From Eledone cirrhosa (taxonomy: Eukaryota), in assembly GCA_964016885.1 (NCBI GenBank), contig OZ024743.1, positions 247,752,001 to 247,816,000 on the forward strand: DNA of 64,000 bases, in the 5' to 3' direction. This document shows positions 1 to 15,000 of the stretch, piece after piece (the first letter of the stretch is position 1; each line of letters opens with the position of its first letter). The notes under the pieces are model-generated. The model ran no database searches. It saw nothing but the letters and a program-made list of their open reading frames with translations, and was not told the DNA's origin. The translations under genes and the position numbers were made by a program.

Positions 1-3000
1 TTACAGTGTGGGCTGGGTGTTTTTTGTCATAACACTTACACAACCAATTTACAGTGTGGGCTGGGTGTTTTTTGTCATGACACCTACACAAACATCTTAG
101 GGTGTGGGCTGGGTGTTTTTTGTCATAACACCTACACAAACATCCTACAGTGTGGGCTGGGTGTTTTTTGTCATGACACCTACACCAAAATCTTACAGTG
201 TGGGCTGGGTGTTTTTTGTCATAACACTTACACAACCATCTTACAGTGTGGGCTGGGTGTTTTTTGTCATGACACCTAAACAAACGTCTTAACAGTGTGG
301 GCTGGGTGTTTTTTGTCATAACACCTACACAAACATCTTACAGTGTGGGCTGGGTGTTTTTTGTCATGACACCTACACAAACATCTTACAGTGTGGGCTG
401 GGTGTTTTTTGTGATAACACCTACACAAACATCTTACAGTGTGGGCTGGATGTTTTTTGTCATGACACCTACACAAACATCTTACAGTGTGGGCTGGGTG
501 TTTTTTTTCATAACACTTACACAACCAATTTACAGTGTTGGCTGGGTGCTTTTTGTCATAACACTTACCACAACCAATTTACAGTGTGGGCTGGCTGTTT
601 TTGTCATGACACCTACACAAACATCTTACAGTGTGGGCTGGGTGTTTTTTGTCATGACACCTACACAAACATCTTACAGTGTGGGCTGGGTGTTTTTTGT
701 CATGACACCTACACAAACATCTTACAGTGTGGGCTGGGTGTTTTTTGTTATGTCACCTACACAAACATCTTACAGTGTGGGCTGGGTGTTTTTTGTCATG
801 ACACCTACACAAACATCTTACAGTGTGGGCTGGGTGTTTTTTGTCATGACACCTACACAAACATCTTACAGTGTGGGCTGGGTGTTTTTTGTCATAACAC
901 TTACCACAACCAATTTACAGTGTGGGCTGGGTGTTTTTTGTCATAACACTTACCACAACCAATTTACAGTGTGAGCTGGGTGTTTTTTGTCATAACACTT
1001 ACGACAACCAATTTACAGTTGGGCTGGGTGCTTTTTGTCATAACACTTACCACAACCAATTTACAGTATGGGCTGGGTGTTTTTTGTCATAACACTTACC
1101 ACAACCAATTTACAGTGTGGGCTGGGTGTTTTTTGTCATAACACTTACCACAACCAATTTACAGTGTGGGCTGGGTGCTTTTTGTCATAACACTTACCAC
1201 AACCAATTTACAGTGTGGGCTGGGTGTTTTTTGTCATAACACTTACCACAACCAATTTACAGTGTGGGCTGGGTGTTTTTTGTCATAACACTTACCACAA
1301 CCAATTTACAGTGTGGGCTGGGTGCTTTTTATCATAACACTTACCACAACCAATTTACAGTGTGGGCTGGGTGCTTTTTGTCATGACACTTACCACAACC
1401 AATTTACAGTGTGGGCTGGGTGTTTTTTATCATAACACTTACCACAACCAATTTACAATGTGGGCTGGGTGCTTTTTGTCATATCACTTACCACAACCAA
1501 TTTACAGTGTGGGCTGGGCGTTTTTTGTCATAACACTTACCACAACCAATTTACAGTGTGGGCTGGGTGTTTTTTGAAATAACACATACCACAACCAATT
1601 TACTGTGTGGGCTGGGTGCTTTTTGTCATAACACTTACCACAAACAATTTACAGTGTGGGCTGGGTGTTTTTTGTCATAACACTTACCACAACCAATTTA
1701 CAGTGTGGGCTGGGTGCATTTTGTCATAACACTTACCACAACCAATTTACAGTGTGGGCTGGGTTTTTTTTTGTCATAACACTTACCACAACCAATTTAC
1801 AGTGTGGGCTGGGTGCTTTTTGTCATAACACTTACCACAACCAATTTACAGTGTGGGCTGGGTGCTTTTTGTCATAACACTTACCACAACCAATTTTACA
1901 GTGTGGGCCGGGTGCTTTTTTGTCATAACACTTACCACAACCAATTTACAGTGTGGGCTGGGTGCTTTTTGTCATAACACTTACCACAACCAATTTACAG
2001 TGTGGGCTGGGTGCTTTTTGTCATAACACTTACCACAACCAATTTACAGTGTGGGCTGGGTGTTTTTTGTCATAACACTTACCACAAACAATTTACAGTG
2101 TGGGCTGGGTGCTTTTTGTCATAACACTTCCCACAACCAATTTACAGTGTGGGCTGGGTGTTTTTTGTCATAACACTTACCACAACCAATTTAAAGTGTG
2201 GGCTGGGTGTTTTTTGTCATAACACTTACCACAACCAATTTACAGTGTGGGCTGGGTGTTTTTTGTCATGACACCTACACAAACATCTTACGGTGTGGGC
2301 TGGGTGTTTTTTGTCATGACACCTACACAAACATCTTACAGTGTGGGCTGGGTGTTTTTTGTCATGACACCTACACAAACATCTTACAGTGTGGGCTGGG
2401 TGTTTTTTGTCATAACACTTACACAACCAATTTACTGTGTGGGCTGGGTGTTTTTTGTCATGACACCTACACAAACATCTTACAGTGTGGGCTGGGTGTT
2501 TTTTGTCATGACACCTACACAAACATCTTACAGTGTGGGCTGGGTGTTTTTTGTCATGACACCTACACAAACATCTTACAGTGTGGGCTGGGTGCTTTTT
2601 GTCATAACACTTACACAACCAATTTACAGTGTGGGCTGGGTGTTTTTTGTCATGACACCTACACAAACATCTTAGGGTGTGGGCTGGGTGTTTTTTGTCA
2701 TAACACCTACACAAACATCCTACAGTGTGGGCTGGGTGTTTTTTGTCATGACACCTACACCAAAATCTTACAGTGTGGGCTGGGTGTTTTTTGTCATAAC
2801 ACTTACACAACCATCTTACAGTGTGGGCTGGGTGTTTTTTGTCATAACACTTACACAACCATCTTACAGTGTGGGCTGGGTGTTTTTTGTCATAACACTT
2901 ACACAACCAATTTACAGTGTGGGCTGGGTGTTTTTTGTCATGACACCTAAACAAACGTCTTAACAGTGTGGGCTGGGTGTTTTTTGTCATAACACCTACA

Positions 3001-6000
3001 CAAACATCTTACAGTGTGGGCTGGGTGTTTTTTGTCATGACACCTACACAAACATCTTACAGTGTGGGCTGGGTGTTTTTTGTCATGACACCTACACAAA
3101 CATCTTACAGTGTGGGCTGGGTGTTTTTTGTCATGACACCTACACAAACATCTTACAGTGTGGGCTGGGTGTTTTTTGTCATAACACTTACACAACCATC
3201 TTACAGTGTGGGCTGGGTGTTTTTTGTCATAACACTTACACAACCAATTTACAGTGTGGGCTGGGTGTTTTTTGTCATGACACCTACACAAACATCTTAG
3301 GGTGTGGGCTGGGTGTTTTTTGTCATAACACCTACACAAACATCTTACAGTGTGGGCTGGGTGTTTTTTGTCATGACACCTACACCAAAATCTTACAGTG
3401 TGGGCTGGGTGTTTTTTGTCATAACACTTACACAACCATCTTACAGTGTGGGCTGGGTGTTTTTTGTCATAACACTTACACAACCAATTTACAGTGTGGG
3501 CTGGGTGTTTTTTGTCATAACACTTACCACAACCAATTTACAGTGTGGGCTGGGTGTTTTTGTCATGACACCTACACAAACATCTTACAGTGTGGGCTGG
3601 GTGTTTTTTGTCATGACACCTACACAAACATCTTACAGTGTGGGCTGGGTGTTTTTTGTCATAACACTTACACAACCAATTTACTGTGTGGGCTGGGTGT
3701 TTTTTGTCATGACACCTACACAAACATCTTACAGTGTGGGCTGGGTGTTTTTTGTCATGACACCTACACAAACATCTTACAGTGTGGGCTGGGTGTTTTT
3801 TGTCATGACACCTACACAAACATCTTACAGTGTGGGCTGGGTGTTTTTTGTCATAACACTTACACAACCATCTTACAGTGTGGGCTGGGTGTTTTTTGTC
3901 ATAACACTTACACAACCAATTTACAGTGTGGGCTGGGTGTTTTTTGTCATGACACCTACACAAACATCTTAGGGTGTGGGCTGGGTGTTTTTTGTCATAA
4001 CACCTACACAAACATCCTACAGTGTGGGCTGGGTGTTTTTTGTCATGACACCTACACCAAAATCTTACAGTGTGGGCTGGGTGTTTTTTGTCATAACACT
4101 TACACAACCATCTTACAGTGTGGGCTGGGTGTTTTTTGTCATGACACCTAAACAAACGTCTTAACAGTGTGGGCTGGGTGTTTTTTGTCATAACACCTAC
4201 ACAAACATCTTACAGTGTGGGCTGGGTGTTTTTTGTCATGACACCTACACAAACATCTTACAGTGTGGGCTGGGTGTTTTTTGTCATGACACCTACACAA
4301 ACATCTTACAGTGTGGGCTGGGTGTTTTTTGTCATAACACTTACACAACCATCTTACAGTGTGGGCTGGGTGTTTTTTGTCATAACACTTACACAACCAA
4401 TTTACAGTGTGGGCTGGGTGTTTTTTGTCATGACACCTACACAAACATCTTAGGGTGTGGGCTGGGTGTTTTTTGTCATAACACCTACACAAACATCTTA
4501 CAGTGTGGGCTGGGTGTTTTTTGTCATGACACCTACACCAAAATCTTACAGTGTGGGCTGGGTGTTTTTTGTCATAACACTTACACAACCATCTTACAGT
4601 GTGGGCTGGGTGTTTTTTGTCATAACACTTACACAACCAATTTACAGTGTGGGCTGGGTGTTTTTTGTCATAACACTTACCACAACCAATTTACAGTGTG
4701 GGCTGGGTGTTTTTGTCATGACACCTACACAAACATCTTACAGTGTGGGCTGGGTGTTTTTTGTCATGACACCTACACAAACATCTTACAGTGTGGGCTG
4801 GGTGTTTTTTGTCATGACACCTACACAAACATCTTACAGTGTGGGCTGGGTGTTTTTTGTCATAACACTTACACAACAAATTTACAGTGTGGGCTGGGTG
4901 TTTTTTGTTATGACACCTACACAAACATCTTACAGTGTGGGCTGGGTGTTTTTTGTCATGACACCTACACAAACATCTTACAGTGTGGGCTGGGTGTTTT
5001 TTGTCATGACACCTACACAAACATCTTACAGTGTGGACTGGGTGTTTTTTGTCATAACACTTACCACAACCAATTTACAGTGTGGGCTGGGTGTTTTTTG
5101 TCATAACACTTACCACAACCAATTTACAGTGTGGGCTGGGTGTTTTTTGTCATAACACGTACGACAACCAATTTACAGTGTGGGCTGGGTGCTTTTTGTC
5201 ATAACACTTACCACAACCAATTTACAGTATGGGCTGGGTGTTTTTTGTCATAACATTTACCACAACCAATTTACAGTGTGGGCTGGGTGTTTTTTGTCAT
5301 AACACTTACCACAACCAATTTACAGTGTGGGCTGGGTGCTTTTTGTCATAACACTTACCACAACCAATTTACAGTGTGGGCTGGGTGTTTTTTGTCATAA
5401 CACTTACCACAACCAATTTACAGTGTGGGCTGGGTGCTTTTTGTCATAACACTTACCACAACCAATTTACAGTGTGGGCTGGGTGCTTTTTATCATAACA
5501 CTTACCACAACCAATTTACAGTGTGGGCTGGGTGCTTTTTGTCATAACACTTACCACAACCAATTTACAGTGTGGGCTGGGTGTTTTTTGTCATAACACT
5601 TACCACAACCAATTTACAGTGTGGGCTGGGTGTTTTTTGTCATAACACTTACCACAACCAATTTACAGTGTGGGCTGGGTGCTTTTTGTCATATCACTTA
5701 CCACAACCAATTTACAGTGTGGGCTGAGCGTTTTTTGTCGATAACACTTACCACAACCAATTTACAGTGTGGGCTGGGTGTTTTTTGAAATAACACATAC
5801 CACAACCAATTTACTGTGTGGGCTGGGTGCTTTTTGTCATAACACTTACCACAAACAATTTACAGTGTGGGCTGGGTGTTTTTTGTCATAACACCTACAC
5901 AAACATCTTACAGTGTGGGCTGGGTGTTTTTTGTCATGACACCTACACAAACATCTTACAGTGTGGGCTGGGTGTTTTTTGTAATAACACCTACACAAAC

Positions 6001-9000
6001 ATCTTACAGTGTGGGCTGGATGTTTTTTGTCATGACACCTACACAAACATCTTACAGTGTGGGCAGGGTGTTTTTTTTCATAACACTTACACAACCAATT
6101 TACAGTGTTGGCTGGGTGCTTTTTGTCATAACACTTACCACAACCAATTTACAGTGTGGGCTGGCTGTTTTTGTCATGACACCTACACAAACATCTTACA
6201 GTGTGGGCTGGGTGTTTTTTGTCATAACACTTACACAAACATCTTACAGTGTGGGCTGGGTGTTTTTTGTCATGACACCTACACAACCAATTTACAGTGT
6301 TGGCTGGGTGCTTTTTGTCATAACACTTACCACAACCAATATACAGTGTGGGCTGGGTGTTTTTTGTCATGGCACCTACACAAACATCTTACAGTGTGGG
6401 CTGGGTGTTTTTGTCATGACACCTACACAAACATCTTACAGTGTGGGCTGGGTGTTTTTTTTCATAACACTTACACAACCAATTTACAGTGTTGGCTGGG
6501 TGCTTTTTGTCATAACACTTACCACAACCAATTTACAGTGTGGGCTGGGTGTTTTTGTCATGACACCTACACAAACATCTTACAGTGTGGGCTGGGTGTT
6601 TTTTGTCATGACACCTACACAAACATCTTACAGTGTGGGCTGGGTGTTTTTTGTCATAACACTTACACAACCAATTTACTGTGTGGGCTGGGTGTTTTTT
6701 GTCATGACACCTACACAAACATCTTACAGTGTGGGCTGGGTGTTTTTTGTCATGACACCTACACAAACATCTTACAGTGTGGGCTGGGTGTTTTTTGTCA
6801 TGACACCTACACAAACATCTTACAGTGTGGGCTGGGTGTTTTTTGTCATAACACTTACACAACCAATTTACTGTGTGGGCTGGGTATTTTTTGTCATGAC
6901 ACCTATACAAACATCTTACAGTGTGGGCTGGGTGTTTTTGTCATGACACCTACACAAACATCTTACAGTGTGGGCTGGGTGTTTTTTTTCATAACACTTA
7001 CACAACCAATTTACAGTGTTGGCTGGGTGCTTTTTGTCATAACACTTACCACAACCAATTTACAGTGTGGGCTGGGTGTTTTTTGTCATGACACCTACAC
7101 AAACATCTTACAGTGTGGGCTGGGTGTTTTTTGTCATAACACTTACACAACCAATTTACAGTGTTGGCTGGGTGCTTTTTGTCATAACACTTACCACAAC
7201 CAATTTACAGTGTGGGCTGGCTGTTTTTGTCATGACACCTACACAAACATCTTACAGTGTGGGCTGGGTGTTTTTTGTCATGACACCTACACAAACATCT
7301 TACAGTGTGGGCTGGGTGTTTTTTGTTATGACACCTACACAAACATCTTACAGTGTGGGCTGGGTGTTTTTTGTCATGACACTTACACAAACATCTTACA
7401 GTGTGGGCTGGGTGTTTTTTGTCATGACACCTACACAACCAATTTACAGTGTTGGCTGGGTGCTTTTTGTCATAACACTTACCACAACCAATTTACAGTG
7501 TGGGCTGGGTGTTTTTTGTCATGGCACCTACACAAACATCTTACAGTGTGGGCTGGGTGTTTTTGTCATGACACCTACACAAACATCTTACAGTGTGGGC
7601 TGGGTGTTTTTTTTCATAACACTTACACAACCAATTTACAGTGTTGGCTGGGTGCTTTTTGTCATAACACTTACCACAACCAATTTACAGTGTGGGCTGG
7701 GTGTTTTTGTCATGACACCTACACAAACATCTTACAGTGTGGGCTGGGTGTTTTTTGTCATGACACCTACACAAACATCTTACAGTGTGGGCTGGGTGTT
7801 TTTTGTCATAACACTTACACAACCAATTTACTGTGTGGGCTGGGTGTTTTTTGTCATGACACCTACACAAACATCTTACAGTGTGGGCTGGGTGTTTTTT
7901 GTCATGACACCTACACAAACATCTTACAGTGTGGGCTGGGTGTTTTTTGTCATGACACCTACACAAACATCTTACAGTGTGGGCTGGGTGTTTTTTGTCA
8001 TAACACTTACACAACCAATTTACTGTGTGGGCTGGGTGTTTTTTGTCATGACACCTATACAAACATCTTACAGTGTGGGCTGGGTGTTTTTGTCATGACA
8101 CCTACACAAACATCTTACAGTGTGGGCTGGGTGTTTTTTTTCATAACACTTACACAACCAATTTACAGTGTTGGCTGGGTGCTTTTTGTCATAACACTTA
8201 CCACAACCAATTTACAGTGTGGGCTGGGTGTTTTTGTCATGACACCTACACAAACATCTTACAGTGTGGGCTGGGTGTTTTTTGTCATGACACCTACACA
8301 AACATCTTACAGTGTGGGCTGGGTGTTTTTTGTCATAACACTTACACAACCAATTTACTGTGTGGGCTGGGTGTTTTTTGTCATGACACCTACACAAACA
8401 TCTTACAGTGTGGGCTGGGTGTTTTTTGTCATAACACTTACACAACCAATTTACAGTGTTGGCTGGGTGCTTTTTGTCATAACATTTACCACAACCAATT
8501 TACAGTGTGGGCTGGGTGCTTTTTGTCATAACACTTACCACAACCAGTTTACAGTGTGGGCTGGGTGTTTTTTGTAATAACACTTACCACAACCAATTTA
8601 CAGTGTGGGCTGGGTGTTTTTTGTCATAACACTTACCACAACCAATTTACAGTGTGGGCTGGGTGCTTTTTGTCATAACACTTACCACAACCAATTTACA
8701 GTGTGGGCTGGGTGCTTTTTGTCATAACACTTACCACAACCAATTTACAGTGTGGGCTGGGTGCTTTTCGTCATAACACTTACCACAACCAATTTACAGT
8801 GTGGGCTGGGTGTTTTTTGTCATAACACTTACCACAACCAATTTACAGTGTGGGCTGGGTGCTTTTTGTCATAACACTTACCACAGCCAATTTACAGTGT
8901 GGGCTGGGTGTTTTTTGTCATAACACTTACCACAACCAATTTACAGTGTGGGCTGGGTGTTTTTTGTCATAACCCTTACCACAACTAATTTACAGTGTGG

Positions 9001-12000
9001 GCTGGGTGCTTTTTGTCATAACACTTACCACAAACAATTTACAGTGTGGGCTGGGTGTTTTTTGTCATAACACTTACCACAACCAATTTACAGTGTGAGG
9101 TGGGTGCTTTTTGTCATAACACTTACCACAACCAATTTACAGTGTGGGCTAGGTGCTTTTTGTCATAACACTTACCACAACCAATTTACAGTGTGGGCTG
9201 GGTGTTTTTTGTCATAACACTTACCACAACAAATTTACAGTGTGGGCTGGGTGTTTTTTGTCATAACACTTACCACAACCAATTTACAGTGTGGGCTGGC
9301 TGTTTTTGTCATGACACCTACACAAACATCTTACAGTGTGGGCTGGGTGTTTTTTGTCATGACACCTACACAAACATCTTACAGTGTGGGCTGGGTGTTT
9401 TTTGTCATGACACCTACACAAACATCTTACAGTGTGGGCTGGGTGTTTTTTGTTATGACACCTACACAAACATCTTACAGTGTGGGCTGGGTGTTTTTTG
9501 TCATGACACCTACACAAACATCTTACAGTGTGGGCTGGGTGTTTTTTGTCATGACACCTACACAACCAATTTACAGTGTTGGCTGGGTGCTTTTTGTCAT
9601 AACACTTACCACAACCAATTTACAGTGTGGGCTGGGTGTTTTTTGTCATAACACTTACCACAACCAATTTACAGTGTGGGCTGGGTGTTTTTTGTCATAA
9701 CACTTACCACAACCAATTTACAGTGTGGGCTGGGTGCTTTTTGTCATAACACTTACCACAACCAATTTACAGTGTGGGCTGGGTGCTTTTTGTCATAACA
9801 CTTACCACACCAATTTACAGTGTGGGCTGCGTGCTTTTTGTCATAACACTTACCCCAACCAATTTACAGTGTGGGCTGGGTGCTTTTTGTCATAACTCTT
9901 ACCACAACCAATTTACAGTGTGGGCTGGGTGTTTTTTGTCATAACACTTACCACAACCAATTTACAGTGTGGGCTGGGTGCTTTTTGTCATAACACTTAC
10001 CACAAACAATTTACAGTGTGGGCTGGATGTTTTTTGTCATAACACTTACCACAACCAATTTACAGTGTGGGCTGGGTGCTTTTTGTCATAACACTTACCA
10101 CAACCAATTTAAAGTGTGGGCTGGGTGCTTTTTGTCATAACACTTACCACAACCAATTTACAGTGTGGGCTGGGTGCTTTTTCTCATAACACTTACCACA
10201 ACCAATTTACAGTGTGGGCTGGGTGCTTTTTGTCATAACACTTACCACAACCAATTTACAGTGTGGGCTGGGTGCTTTTTGTCATAACACTTACCACAAC
10301 CAATTTACAGTGTGGGCTGGGTGCTTTTTGTCATAACACTTACCACAACCAATTTACAGTGTGGGCTGGGTGCTTTTTGTCATATCACTTATTACAACCA
10401 ATTTACAGTGTGGGCTGGGCGTTTTTTGTCATAACACTTACCACAACCAATTTACAGTGTGGGCTGGGTGTTTTTTGAAATAACACATACCACAACCAAT
10501 TTACTGTGTGGGCTGGGTGCTTTTTGTCATCACACTTACCACACCAATTTACAGTGTGGGCTGGGTGCTTTTTGTCATAACACTTACCACAACCAATTTA
10601 CAGTGTGGGCTGGGTGCTTTTTGTCATAACTCTTACCACAACCAATTTACAGTGTGGGCTGGGTGCTTTTTGTCATAACACTTACCACAACCAATTTACA
10701 GTGTGGGCTGGGTGTTTTTTGTCATAACACTTACCACAACTAATTTACAGTGTGGGCTGGGTGCTTTTTGTCATAACACTTACCACAAACAATTTACAGT
10801 GTGGGCTGGGTGTTTTTTGTCATAACACTTACCACAACCAATTTACAGTGTGGGCTGGGTGCTTTTTGTCATAACACTTACCACAACCAATTTACAGTGT
10901 GGGCTAGGTGCTTTTTGTCATAACACTTACCACAACCAATTTACAGTGTGGGCTGGGTGTTTTTTGTCATAACACTTACCACAACGAATTTACAGTGTGG
11001 GCTGGGTGTTTTTTGTCATAACACTTACCACAACCAATTTACAGTGTGGGCTAGCTGTTTTTGTCATGACACCTACACAAACATCTTACAGTGTGGGCTG
11101 GGTGTTTTTTGTCATGACACCTACACAAACATCTTACAGTGTGGGCTGGGTGTTTTTTGTCATGACACCTACACAAACATCTTACAGTGTGGGCTGGGTG
11201 TTTTTTGTTATGACACCTACACAAACATCTTACAGTGTGGGCTGGGTGTTTTTTGTCATGACACCTACACAAACATCTTACAGTGTGGGCTGGGTGTTTT
11301 TTGTCATGACACCTACACAACCAATTTACAGTGTTGGCTGGGTGCTTTTTGTCATAACACTTACCACAACCAATTTACAGTGTGGGCTGGGTGTTTTTTG
11401 TCATAACACTTACCACAACCAATTTACAGTGTGGGCTGGGTGTTTTTTGTCATAACACTTACCACAACCAATTTACAGTGTGGGCTGGGTGCTTTTTGTC
11501 ATAACAATTACCACAACCAATTTACAGTGTGGGCTGGGTGCTTTTTGTCATAACACTTACCACACCAATTTACAGTGTGGGCTGGGTGCTTTTTGTCATA
11601 ACACTTACCACAACCAATTTACAGTGTGGGCTGGGTGCTTTTTGTCATAACTCTTACCACAACCAATTTACAGTGTGGGCTGTGTGTTTTTTGTCATAAC
11701 ACTTACCACAACCAATTTACAGTGTGGGCTGGGTGCTTTTTCTCATAACACTTACCACAACCAATTTACAGTGTGGGCTGGGTGCTTTTTGTCATAACAC
11801 TTACCACAACCAATTTACAGTGTGGGCTGGGTGCTTTTTGTCATAACACTTACCACAACCAATTTACAGTGTGGGCTGGCTGTTTTTTGTCATAACACTT
11901 ACCACAACCAATTTACAGTGTGGGCTGGGTGCTTTTTGTGATATCACTTACCACAACCAATTTACAGTGTGGGCTGGGCGTTTTTTGTCATAACACTTAC

Positions 12001-15000
12001 CACAACCAATTTACAGTGTGGGCTGGGTGTTTTTTGAAATAACACATACCACAACCAATTTACTGTGTGGGCTGGGTGCTTTTTGTCATAACACGTACCA
12101 CAAACAATTTACAGTGTGGGCTGGGTGTTTTTTGTCATAACACTTACCACAACCAATTTACAGTGTGGGCTGGGTGCATTTTGTCATAACACTTACCACA
12201 ACCAATTTACAGTGTGGGCTGGGTGTTTTTTGTCATAACACTTACCACAACCAATTTACAGTGTGGGCTGGGTGCTTTCTGTCATAACACTTACCACAAC
12301 CAATTTACAGTGTGGGCTGGGTGCTTTTTGTCATAACACTTACCACAACCAATTTACAGTGTGGGCTGGTTGTTTTTTGTCATAACATTTACCACAACCA
12401 ATTTACAGTGTGGGGTGGGTGCTTTTTGTCATAACACTTACCACAACCAATTTACAGTGTGGGCTGGGTGTTTTTTGTCATAACACTTACCACAACCAAT
12501 TTACAGTGTGGGCTGGGTGTTTTTTGTAATAACACCTACACAAACATCTTACAGTGTGGGCTGGATGTTTTTTGTCATGACACCTACACAAACATCTTAC
12601 AGTGTGGGCTGGGTGTTTTTTGTCATGACACCTACACAAACATCTTACAGTGTGGGCTGGGTGTTTTTTGTCATGACACCTACACAAACATCTTACAGTG
12701 TGGGCTGGGTGTTTTTTGTCATGACACCTACACAAACATCTTACAGTGTGGGCTGGGTGTTTTTTGTCATAACACTTACACAACCAATTTACTGTGTGGG
12801 CTGGGTGTTTTTTGTCATGACACCTACACAAACATCTTACAGTGTGGGCTGGGTGTTTTTTGTCATGACACCTACACAAACATCTTACAGTGTGGGCTGG
12901 GTGTTTTTTGTCATGACACCTACACAAACATCTTACAGTGTGGGCTGGGTGTTTTTTGTCATAACACTTACACAACCATCTTACAGTGTGGGCTGGGTGT
13001 TTTTTGTCATAACACTTACACAACCAATTTACAGTGTGGGCTGGGTGTTTTTTGTCATGACACCTACACAAACATCTTAGGGTGTGGGCTGGGTGTTTTT
13101 TGTCATAACACCTACACAAACATCTTACAGTGTGGGCTGGGTGTTTTTTGTCATGACACCTACACCAAAATCTTACAGTGTGGGCTGGGTGTTTTTTGTC
13201 ATAACACTTACACAACCATCTTACAGTGTGGGCTGGGTGTTTTTTGTCATAACACTTACACAACCAATTTACAGTGTGGGCTGGGTGTTTTTTGTCATAA
13301 CACTTACCACAACCAATTTACAGTGTGGGCTGGGTGTTTTTGTCATGACACCTACACAAACATCTTACAGTGTGGGCTGGGTGTTTTTTGTCATGACACC
13401 TACACAAACATCTTACAGTGTGGGCTGGGTGTTTTTTGTCATAACACTTACACAACCAATTTACTGTGTGGGCTGGGTGTTTTTTGTCATGACACCTACA
13501 CAAACATCTTACAGTGTGGGCTGGGTGTTTTTTGTCATGACACCTACACAAACATCTTACAGTGTGGGCTGGGTGTTTTTTGTCATGACACCTACACAAA
13601 CATCTTACAGTGTGGGCTGGGTGTTTTTTGTCATAACACTTACACAACCATCTTACAGTGTGGGCTGGGTGTTTTTTGTCATAACACTTACACAACCAAT
13701 TTACAGTGTGGGCTGGGTGTTTTTTGTCATGACACCTACACAAACATCTTAGGGTGTGGGCTGGGTGTTTTTTGTCATAACACCTACACAAACATCCTAC
13801 AGTGTGGGCTGGGTGTTTTTTGTCATGACACCTACACCAAAATCTTACAGTGTGGGCTGGGTGTTTTTTGTCATAACACTTACACAACCATCTTACAGTG
13901 TGGGCTGGGTGTTTTTTGTCATGACACCTAAACAAACGTCTTAACAGTGTGGGCTGGGTGTTTTTTGTGATAACACCTACACAAACATCTTACAGTGTGG
14001 GCTGGATGTTTTTTGTCATGACACCTACACAAACATCTTACAGTGTGGGCTGGGTGTTTTTTTTCATAACACTTACACAACCAATTTACAGTGTTGGCTG
14101 GGTGCTTTTTGTCATAACACTTACCACAACCAATTTACAGTGTGGGCTGGCTGTTTTTGTCATGACACCTACACAAACATCTTACAGTGTGGGCTGGGTG
14201 TTTTTTGTCATGACACCTACACAAACATCTTACAGTGTGGGCTGGGTGTTTTTTGTCATAACACTTACACAACCATCTTACAGTGTGGGCTGGGTGTTTT
14301 TTGTCATAACACTTACACAACCAATTTACAGTGTGGGCTGGGTGTTTTTTGTCATGACACCTACACAAACATCTTAGGGTGTGGGCTGGGTGTTTTTTGT
14401 CATAACACCTACACAAACATCTTACAGTGTGGGCTGGGTGTTTTTTGTCATGACACCTACACCAAAATCTTACAGTGTGGGCTGGGTGTTTTTTGTCATA
14501 ACACTTACACAACCATCTTACAGTGTGGGCTGGGTGTTTTTTGTCATAACACTTACACAACCAATTTACAGTGTGGGCTGGGTGTTTTTTGTCATAACAC
14601 TTACCACAACCAATTTACAGTGTGGGCTGGGTGTTTTTGTCATGACACCTACACAAACATCTTACAGTGTGGGCTGGGTGTTTTTTGTCATGACACCTAC
14701 ACAAACATCTTACAGTGTGGGCTGGGTGTTTTTTGTCATAACACTTACACAACCAATTTACTGTGTGGGCTGGGTGTTTTTTGTCATGACACCTACACAA
14801 ACATCTTACAGTGTGGGCTGGGTGTTTTTTGTCATGACACCTACACAAACATCTTACAGTGTGGGCTGGGTGTTTTTTGTCATGACACCTACACAAACAT
14901 CTTACAGTGTGGGCTGGGTGTTTTTTGTCATAACACTTACACAACCATCTTACAGTGTGGGCTGGGTGTTTTTTGTCATAACACTTACACAACCAATTTA